Shown here: in pieces, positions 12,201 to 22,709 of the stretch
Numbering within the stretch: position 1 is the stretch's first letter
How the letters are laid out: each line of letters opens with the position of its first letter
Origin: Cenococcum geophilum
Lineage: Eukaryota
Length of the DNA stretch: 64,000 bases
Assembly (NCBI GenBank): GCA_050273025.1
Contig: CP158635.1
Span: 32,488,001 to 32,552,000, forward strand
Reading direction: 5' to 3'
The notes under the pieces: model-generated
Seen by the model: only the letters and a program-made list of their open reading frames with translations
Told to the model about the DNA's origin: nothing
The model's database searches: none
Translations under genes and position numbers: made by a program

Positions 12201-14933
12201 GCACTGGAAGTACCTAGTAAGGATATATTAGGCACTGAATAAGGTAAAATACTAAAATATTAAATATATATATAGTTGGCACCTAGTAAAAGTATAAAGC
12301 TAAAGGGACTTAATACTTTAGCTAGGAAGATTCCTTACGGAAAAATGCCTAAATAGATGATAGTAGTAGGAGTGCCTAGAAAATATATATCTATGGTATA
12401 TTAAAGACAAAAAGTAAACTAAGTATTAGCTAAAAGTGGACTAAGTATAAATAGGATTAAGTAGCTAATAATTAGGAAAAGTGGAGGCCTATAGGACTAG
12501 AGGGAACTAGTAGTAGAGCCTTAAACCCTTAAAGGAATTTAAGGACAACACCTAAATTTATAAGTTAAGTGGTAAGATTAATAGTTTAAGGTATTAATAG
12601 ATAGTAGAGCAATAAGGAACTATATCTTATTAGTAGCAGTTAAAAGAATAGGATTACTATATAGGAAGAAGGAGCACCCTTACCTATTAGTAACAATTTT
12701 AGGAGATTTAATAGCCTACGGAGAAGGCATTATTAATCTTAAAATAGAACCTATTTAGTTAACTATTAAAGAGAGATAAATTAAGATGTTTTTTAATATA
12801 TTACTATTAGGGAATAATAAGGTAGTACTAGGAATACCTTAGTTATAGGAATATAATCTAAGGATTAATTAGGTTATAGGTTAGGTTAATATTAGGGATA
12901 CTTAACGCCATAAGATATAATAATAAGCTAAGATAGTATAGTACTAAGTAGGAGCAACCTATAAAGAAATAGAAAAAGGACTGGGCTATATACTAAAAAG
13001 ATACTATAAGTATAGCAAAAAACTATAGTTACTAGAAAGTAAGAAGCTATTAAAATATATAGTATAGGACTATAAGATAGAATTAGAACTAGAAATAAGT
13101 CTAAGGTTCTTTCTAATCTATAAGCTTATTAAAGAAAAAGGTAGAGTATTAAAGGAGTTTATTTAGGAAAATCTACGAAAGGGATATATTAGACTATTAT
13201 AGTCATTAGTAGGTTATCTAGTACTATTTATACTAAAGAAGAATGGTAAACTAAGGCTGTATATTAACTATAGATAATTAAACAGCATTACTAGGAAGGA
13301 TAGGTATCCTTTACCCTTAATTAGCGAAATCTAAGATAGGATAGGCAGTATATAAATCTTCACGAAGATAGATTTAAGATGGGTATACTATTAGATTAGG
13401 ATTAAGGAAGGCGATAAATAAAAAGCAGCCTTTAGGTTAAAAGAAGGACTATATAAACTATTAGTTATATAATTTAGGCTTATAAACGCACTAGTGACGT
13501 TTTAGAAGCGTATTAATAATATATTAGGAGAATACTTAGATAAATTTGTTATAGTATACCTTAATAATATTATTATCTACTTAATAACTAAGGAAGAGCA
13601 TAGAGAACACGTTAAATAGGTCTTAAAGAGATTATAGGAAGAATAGATACTAGTAGTAATTAAAAAATATAAGTTCTTTACTAGGAAGACCGATTTTATT
13701 AAATTTATTATTAAACTAGGCCAACTTAGTATAGATTTAAAGAAGATTAAGGCTATAGTAAATTAGTAAGAACTAGAGAACGTTATATAGTTAAGATTGT
13801 TTTTAGGGTTTTGTAATTACTATAGAAGGTTTATAGCGCAATAGTTAAAAAATATTAGACTATTTACGCGATTAATAAAGAAAGAAGAACTATAGGCATA
13901 GGGAGAGGAATAGTAAGAATTGTTTAAAAAGGTTAAAAGGTTATTTACCTAAGAGCTAGTTCTTAAGATCTATTAACTAGGACTAAAAACGGTTATAAAG
14001 ATAAATATATTAAACTATATACTAGGGACGTACTTTATATAGAAATATTAAGATAGATAGTACCTAGTAGCATACTATAGTTAGAAGATAATACTACTAG
14101 AGTTAAACTATAACATTTATAATAAGGAGTTATTAGGTATAGTTATAGCACTAAAAAAATAGAGAGTATTCTTATAAGGTATAGAAAAACTATTTATAGT
14201 TAAGATAGATTATAAGAACCTAATAGGATTTCTAATAATAAAGGAACTTAACTAAAAATAGGTTAGATAGGTAAAGATACTTATAGAATACTATTTTAAG
14301 ATTTAGTATATTAGGGGTACAGATAATATATAAGCAGACGCTTTAAGTTAAAAAGCTAAACTATAAAGTAATAAAAAGCTATTAGAGGCTTTACTATAAA
14401 AAGATATAGATAGTATAACGGAACCTTATAGCAAGAACTACGATAGGCTTATTATTAGGCTAGGTATATAGGTAATATAAGTATAAAAGTTAATAAGTAA
14501 TAATAACTGGTGGAGTGGTTGCCTAATAGATTAACTCTAATTATATTTTGAGAATTACTATAAGGAAGGAACTATCTAGGTAGAGATTAAGGGTCCTTAA
14601 ATACACAACCATACTTTTATAAAATCCTTCTTATATATAATATACGTCTTATATATAAGGTACGTAAGTTCCTTCTATTTCTCTTATTTAATATATAGTA
14701 TATTATATAACCTTAGTTACTATTCTTTATTATATAGCTCTATTAGCTCTATTCTAAACTATACCTAAATTAACTAACTAGCTTCTTCTAACTCTTCTTT
14801 AAGTAGTTATAATATTATACTTAAAGCGTCTATAACACTATCTCCCTCCTCTTTATTTTTATCCTTAAAGATCCCTAATATCTCTAAGTTATTTACTAGA
14901 GGTATAATATTCATCTAATTAATTTAGTTAATA

Positions 14934-15955
14934 AATAATAATAATTCTTCTTTGATTAACGTCTGATACGGATGCTATTTAGCCCCACGCAGACTACTCC
15001 GTACATAAGGGAAAAGTAATATTAACGGGAAAAAACCCTTACTGCTGGGGGGGAGGAAAAACCCTATAAGCCACCTCAGTAGGATAAAAAACCCCGATTT
15101 GCCATGTCCGTCCGTAGCGGCGGCCCTATAGGCCTACGGCTACGTCCTGTCCTCCTTAGATGTTCGAACTCCTTAGGAACCACTACTTCCTTCTCTAGCT
15201 TATCTAAAGCTAGGGTTCACTACGTCCCAGCTAGGCCTTGCTAATTGATTGCCGTACGGTCGTCTCCCATATCTTAACCACCCCCTATATGCTATCTCCT
15301 ATAACCATTGCGTTGCCATATACGCCTTGCCTCCCCCCCCCTAGAGCTACCAAAGGCGTAAAGGGGATTCATCCGTTCTAACTACCGTAATACTAATAAG
15401 CGAGCGGGATATGTTATATTTGGGTATCTTTTATACCTAGGCCCCAGCTAGGCCCTTCCTAAGGGTCACCACTCCGTTAAAAGAAGACAATGGGGAAAAC
15501 CGTGGGTCGCAATCCAGGCTGCTAGGTAGTATTTAGTAGTAAGATGGCGAGTAACCGTATGCTCCGCGGGCGATCGCCCTGGGGGTTAGAAGGGGCCGTA
15601 TATTTGCTCGTTCGTTCATTTATTTGTATATGCGTTTATTCGTTAATATAAGGTCGTTAATACTTTTAGTTAAGGTTTAGGGATGTTTATTGAGTGCTAT
15701 ATATCTACGTTGGATCGTATAGGTGCCCCAGATAGGAGAATAGTGGTAGTCGTCGTATTGTAGAGGGCCAACAGTAGTGGTTTTTAAGATCTCACCATCC
15801 GAAAATTTTTCACTACCGCCCTTAACGCCTACAACCACCACCAGGTCCTGTCCGCACGCTATGCAACGTCTCTGCGTTGGCTCTGGGTCTGAACTTCGAA
15901 GACCCAGGTTCGTAGCCGTCACCACGTACAGGTGCAGAGTCCGTTTTCGACGGCC
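14934..15955 (-). mobile_element. ~1.0-kb non-autonomous non-LTR retroelement (SINE-like or internally deleted LINE) with 5' HDV-like ribozyme and (ATT)n 3' tail
   Basis: 11-bp TSD TTTAGTTAATA at 14923-14933 and 15956-15966. The empty site is seen in the other A copies (e.g. ~16528-16538). Minus-strand 3' end reads ...CAGACGTTAATCAAAGAAGAATTATTATTATT. No long ORF. Confidence 0.85.
15870..15955 (-). ncRNA. HDV-like (nested double pseudoknot) self-cleaving ribozyme
   Basis: Minus strand GGCCGTC gaaaacgga CTCTGC ACC TGTACGT GGT GACGGCT AC gaac CTGGGTCT tcgaagttc AGACCCAG ag C caac GCAGAG. This gives P1 7 bp with G1-U wobble, P2 6 bp, P3 3 bp, 7-nt L3, P1.1 GU/AC, P4 8 bp, and a catalytic-C equivalent at 15880. 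Confidence 0.88.
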
Positions 15956-16550
15956 TTTAGTTAATATTATTACTTGTTATACCTAAAGCAATTTCTTTTT
16001 TATATACCTAATGTCGTTATAACGGAACCTTGTAGCAAGAACTACAATAGGCTTGTTATTAGGCTAGGTGTGTAGGAAATATAGGTATAAAAGTTAATAA
16101 CGTAATAATAACTGGTGGAGTAGTTGCCTAATAGATTAACTCTAATTATATTCTAAGAATTACTATAAGGAAAGAACTATCTAGGTAGGGATTAAGGGTC
16201 CTTAAATACACAACCGTACTCCTATAAAATCCTTCTTATATATAATATATATCTTATATATAAGGTATATAAGTTCCTCTCGTTCCTCTTATTTAATACG
16301 TAGCATATTATATAACCTTAGTTACTATTCCTTATTATATAGTTCTATCGGCTCTATTTTAAACCGTACCTAAATTAACCAACTAGCTTCTTCTAACTCC
16401 TCTCTAAATAGTTATAATATTATACTTAAAGCGTCCGTAATACTATCTCCCTCCTTTTTATCTTTATTCTTAAAGATTCCTAATATCTTTAAGTTGTTTA
16501 CTAGAGATATAATATCCATCTAATTAATTTAGTTAATATTATTACTTATT

Positions 16551-17935
16551 ATACCTAAAGCAATTTCTTCCTTATACGCCCAGCGTCGTGCTCGCACTAT
16601 TACTGCAATATTATCTCTTAGTAAGATTATACCGTCTCCATATTCTCGCTACTTAAAAGAAGGGTTAGGGCACGTTCGGTTGCAAATCGCCTCCATATCA
16701 TAATCTGTTCAATCCGTGCGCCTTTTAGTGTCGCCCGTTTTGTAATTAGTGGCGGCTACCACCGTGGCTCATTTGAATCTGTAATTGAGTCGATTGATCG
16801 GTTGCAGCTCCAGAATGAGGCTCCATATTTAACGTCGGTGAGCAATTCGAATGAGCCCCTCTCTGCCACCAGGCCTCTATCGCGACTCCCTACTTTAGTG
16901 TAGCAATAGAGCCTCCTCCTCGACCAACGCCCTCTCTGCGATCGACGTTTTCTACATCTTTGCCCGCCTCCCGTAGGAGCTGTAGTAGAGCTATAATAAT
17001 GCCCGCGACGCCTTAAAACAAGCTTATCGTGATCACGAAGGCTAGAATAATAATATTATATAAGGTATATAAATGCGACGGTAGTATCGCGATTAGGGTG
17101 TTTGGAGTCGCCATATTATAAGAAGTCGTTACTTTGGCGCGTATGCGAGGGCTCCAGATTAATATGGAATATGGAACCGGAGCTCGAAGCTCCATATTGA
17201 AACGGTGCCAAGAACCTCATTACAACTACTGTATATAGTATAGCTTGCAAATTTGACGCGCTTACCGATATGGAGGAGCTCCATATTCAAAAGTCGTCAG
17301 ATTTACCGAACAACACCCTCATATTCATATTTGAGCTCCATTTCCGTTACAATATGGAGCCTCCATATTGAATATGGAGCTGCAACCGAACATGCCCTTA
17401 GTCTATATTACGTTGGCAAACCTATCTTTATAACAACTATCCTCTTACTTAAAGTATACTAAAGCAAATATTTATTTATCCTACAATATTTACTTTACCT
17501 TTAATACTAAATATACGTAACCTATTACTTTTAATAGTTATCTAGTTCCCTAATTAATTTATCTTAAGGTTTTATATTTAATCTACTACTACGCGGCTAG
17601 ATAGTAAACTATCTTAAGCCCTTACTAAGTTAAAACGTTCTTAGGATGCAGAATAAAAGGCCCTAGATACTTACATCGCGGTATCTACTTATTTACTCCG
17701 TCTTAAGAAGGTTTATAAGAAGGTCCGTTTTAAGAAATAGAAACTTATAAAATAGGGTCTATAGGAACTTAGTAATAAAAAAATAGATTCTCTTTTAATA
17801 GAGAAGGAAATAGATCTAAGTAGCTCGGCAACTACTCTTCTTAGGTCCCCCTTAGGTAACTTATTCTTTAGCAATCCTTTTTTATTAATACTACCTAACC
17901 TAATTTCTTCTAATACTTTTATACCTTTCCTATAG
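16551..17935 (+). pseudogene. Antisense Zn2Cys6-like/coiled-coil gene of A3, interrupted by the PIF MITE
   Basis: After removing the MITE plus TSD (733 nt) and the 55-nt intron, 199 codons remain, colinear with the A0 copy. Confidence 0.65.
16668..17397. mobile_element. PIF/Harbinger-type MITE (730 bp)
   Basis: 17-bp TIR GGGCA(C/T)GTTCGGTTGCA, 3-bp TSD TTA (16665-16667, 17398-17400), many internal CTCCATAT/ATATGGAG motifs. Confidence 0.9.
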
Positions 17936-20066
17936 CATTTTTTAAATTCTCTAGTAGCTCTTAGGTAGTCTTAGTATAGTCTATTTACTTAACCTTATAC
18001 TATATTTTATTGTTAATATCCTTATAACTAATAATCTTTAAAACTTACTATTTATCTTCTTCCTATCCTTTATACGTATCTACTTCGTAAACTAATAGCT
18101 TAATATTTTTATATACTAGCTCTGGTATTATAATATACTATATAGGGTAGATTTTTATCTTAGCTAATAAGTTTAACTTAAACGTAACTAGTAAAATCCT
18201 TTACTTAATTTTAAAAGGTCCTAGTCTAATATAGTTTAACTTCTTACTTAGTTATTAACTCTTAAAAATTTTATATAGTAGCTATACTTTATCTCCCTCC
18301 TTAAGATCTAGTCCCTTAAATCTCTTAGCATTATAATACCTTTTTATTCTTTCTTATACTTTCTTTACTAATTCTATAAGGTCTATATAAAGATTTATTA
18401 ATATCTTTATTCTCTCTTTAGCTATGCTACTTATTTTCTTTACTTACTATAGTAATAACGATATTCTTAGCTTATATCCGTAATTCGCCTTAAATAGTAA
18501 TATACCTATACCTTCCTATGGCGTTATATTATATATAAACTATATAACTAGTAATAGCGATACCTAATTATTCTATGCGTAATTAATATAGTATTTTAGA
18601 TACTACTCTAGTGTCTAATTTAATCTTTCTATTTAACTATCTATCTGTGGATAATATATAGTAAAAGTTACTGCTCTAACTCCTTATTTCGCTAAGAATA
18701 CCTTTTAAAATACTACTATAAATCTTAAATCTCTATCCAATATAATTTTACTTAGTGCTCTATATCTTACAAACACTTCTTTAATATAGATTCTAGCAAT
18801 ATTTTTTGCTAAGATTTCTTCTATATATACTATAAAGTATCCCCGCTTTATAAGCTTATCTACTATTACTAAAATCGTGTTATAATCTTATCCGGTAATA
18901 GGATCTTTTAATTTTAGTAATTTAATAATAAAGTCCTATAATATAACTTCCTATAGTCTCTTTAGTATTTTAATAGGTTATAGCCCTCTATATAGCTTAT
19001 ACCTTATTAGTTTATTTCTCTAGTAATCTAAATATTCTCTTATAACCTTTCGCGCTAAGCCCTAAATTCTATTAATAATATACTCCTTCTAGAGTCTTAT
19101 TTCTAAGCCTATAGCTCTATTATATCCTTAAGTTAATTCTTTATAAAAGTTTTCTATAAATTATTCTGCTATACTTCTTAGGATATACTTTACTTCTTAA
19201 TTTTTATATATATCCATTTATAGATCTTCTAGCTATACCTTTAGAATTCTTTATACCTAAAAGCTTTCTAGTATCTTATAGACTCTATCTAGTTCTTCTT
19301 AAGTTGCTATAATTTTTAAATAATTATATCTAATTAATCCGTTTATATCTTTTTATAGTAAAGACCCTAATAGCTTCTTATTATTTTATAGTTTAGCCTT
19401 TTAACTTAGAGCGTCTGCTCTTATATTATTTGTACCCTTAATATACTAAATCTTAAAATAGTATTCTATAAGCATTTTTACCTATCTAACCTATCTTTAG
19501 TTTAGTTTCTTTATTATTAGGAATCCTATTAGGTTTTTATAGTCTATCTTAACTATAAATAGTTTTTCTATACCTTATAAGAATGCTCTTTATTCCTTTA
19601 ATACTATAACTATACCTAATAACTCCTTATTATAAATGTTATAGTTTAACTTTAGTAGTATTATCTTCCGACTATAGTATACTACTAGGTACTATCCGTC
19701 TTAATATCTTTATATAAAGTATACCCTTAGTATATAGTCTAATATATCTATCTCTATAACCGTCTCTAATTCTAGTTAATAGATCTTAAGAACTGGCTCT
19801 TAGGTAAATAACTCTTTAACTTATTTAAAGAGTTTTCTTTATTTCTCTCCCTATGCCTATAGTTCTTCTTTCTTCATTAATCGCGTAAATGGTTTAATAT
19901 TTTTTAACTATTGTGTTATAAACCTTCTACAGTAATTATAAAACCCTAAAAATAATCTTAACTATATAACGTTCTCTAGTTCTTACCAATTTACTATAGC
20001 CTTAATCTTCTCTAGATCTATACTAAGTTAGCCTAGTTTAATAATAAATCCAATAAAATTAGTCTT

Positions 20067-20223
20067 TGTAAAGGCTCAGTCAAAAGAACAGAATCTATTG
20101 GTAGCCAGTGAACGAGAATTCCAAGACGAGGTCTGGAAGAAGGTCGAGGAAAGGACACGTCTATATACATGGCGCCAAGGCTCGGCCGAGCCCCTGACTA
20201 GGGTCTGTATCAGTGCCGTAACA
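20067..20223. mobile_element. Solo LTR (157 bp) of a further family, inserted in A3 RT
   Basis: TGTAAAGG...CCGTAACA with TSD GTCTT (20062-20066, 20224-20228). Absent from the homologous A2 site (~30421). Confidence 0.9.
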
Positions 20224-22709
20224 GTCTTCTTAGTAAAGAACTTATATTTCTTAATTACTACTAGCATCTATTCTTCCTATAGTCTCTTTAAAACCCATTT
20301 AACGTATTCTCTATATTCTTCCTTAGTTATTAAGTAGATAATAATATTATTAAGGTATATTATAATAAATTTATCTAAGTATTCTTTTAATATATTATTA
20401 ATACGCTTCTAGAATATTGCTAGTGCGTTTATAAGCCCGAATTATATAACTAATAGTTTATATAGTCCTTCCTTTAACCTAAAGGCTGCTTTTTATTTGT
20501 TGCCTTCCTTAATTTTAATCTAATAGTACGCCTATCTTAGATCTATCTTTATAAAGATTTGCGCATTACCTATCCTATTTTAGATTTTGCTAATTAAGGG
20601 TAAAGGATACCTATCCTTCCTAGTAATGCTATTTAACTATCTATAGTTAATACACAGCCTTAGTTTACTATTCTTTTTTGGTATAAACAGTACTAGATAA
20701 CCCGCTAATGACTATAATAGTCTAATATATCCCTTTTATAGATTTTCCTAAACAAACTCTTTTAATACTCTACCTTCCTTTTTAGTAAGCTTATAGATTA
20801 GAAAGAACCTTAAACTTATTCCTAGTTCCAATTCTATCTTATAATTCTATACTATATACTCTAATAGCTTTTTACTTTTTAGTGACTATAGTTTCTTGCT
20901 ATATTTTATGGTATCTCCTTAGTATATAGCTTAGTCCTTTTTCCATTTCTTTATAGGTTGCTCCTACTTAGTATTATACTAACTTAGCTTATTATCGCAT
21001 TTTATAGTATTAAGTATTTCTAATATTAACCTAACCTATAATCTAATCGATCCTTAAATTATATTCCTGTAACTAAGGCATTCCTAATACTGCCTTATTA
21101 TTCCCTAATAGTAATATATTAAAAGACATCTTAATTTATCTCCCTTTAATAGTTAACTAAATAGGTCCTATTTTAAGATTAATAATCCCTTCTTTATAGG
21201 CTATTAGATCTCCTAAAATTATTACTAATAGGTAAGGGTACTCCTTTTTCTTGTATGGTAACCTTATTCTTTTAACTGCTGCTAGCGAGATATAGTTCCT
21301 TATTACTCCACTATCTATTAATGCCTTAAACTATTAATCTTACCACTTAACTTATAAATTTAGGTGTCGTCCTTAAATTCCTTTAAGGGTCTAAGGCTTT
21401 ACTACTGGCTCCCTCTAGTCCTATAGGCCTTTACTTTTCCTAACTATTAGCTACTTAATCCTATCTATACTTAGTCTAACTTAGGCTAATACTTAGTTCG
21501 CTTTTTGTCTTTAATATACCATAGATATATATTCTCTAGGTATTCCTACTACTATTATTTATCTAGGCATTCTTCCGTAAGGAATCTTCCTAGTTAAAGT
21601 ATTAAGTCTCCTAACTTCTAAACTTCTATTAGATACCAGCCGTATATATACTTAGCATTCCTATATTATTACTTATCTATTATCCAATACATCCTTATAG
21701 GGTATTTTTAATTCTTTTTCTTTAGATTCTTATATATATTATATATATCGTCTACGCACGCAATCTATAATAGTGTGTAGTGTGCTAGATACTTTAGGTC
21801 AACTCTTAGTTTGTCTTTATCCCTAAGTTTAAACCTTTACTATATTAATCTAAACGTTATAACTTTATTTACAGGTACTAAGATACGCCTTTTACTTCTC
21901 TAGTCCTCTAATTGTTCCTCTAGATCCTTTAATATTATAATTAAGGCTCCTTTAATATAAGTTATAGCCTTCTCTATAATTAAGTGGTCCTAAATAACTT
22001 TCTTATCTAACTATATATAGAAATCTTCCTACTTGTCGTTATGCCTTTATCTATACCACTTTTGGTATAGCTACTAGAGTATATACGGCTTATCCGTAAG
22101 GAAGTATCTTTTTATTACTATATTATAACAGCCTTTTATATGTCGTTCCTTAAACCTAGTAGGAATCCCTAGATCCTCTTTTTATTCCAGTTTAGTAAGC
22201 CACTTAGCTCTTAGTGTGCCTGCCCTAGGCCTATTAGTAATTCTTTATACTAGCGCTCTATCCCTTATATATCCTAATATACTAGATTTCTTATCTAGTT
22301 TCTGTTCTTGCTATAAGGTAATTCTCGCTCTAAATTCCTTTATGGTTTCTTTCCTTTCGCGTCTTATAAGTAGATCCTTAAAGTCGTCTTACTTCTTAAT
22401 CTTAGTATTAACTTTTTAATTTTTAGGCCAAACGCTATATTCTTCTAGTAAGTCCTCTAGGTCTATATATCTGTCTCCTAGTTTAGTTACTATTTATACT
22501 ATAGATTCTCTAATCTATAAAGAAGCTCCTTGCTCCTTGCTTATAGGTGCCTTTATTTATACTCCAAATCTTTAGTCCCTTAGATTCTTTAATCCTAAGC
22601 CTACTTTTAACTTAAGCTTTGCTCTAGCCTTAATCTAACTAGGCTTAGGTATTCTTATCTTGTTTTAAGAGTCTTAAATCTTACTTATCTTATCTTAAGA
22701 GTCTTATAC

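Noticed and set aside
15677..15986. Two short ORFs (82 and 69 aa)
   Set aside because: They overlap the GC-rich ribozyme, start at GTG and show no recognisable protein motif.
16662..16670. GGGTTAGGG telomere-like motif
   Set aside because: A single unit created by the TTA TSD plus the MITE's GGG terminus.
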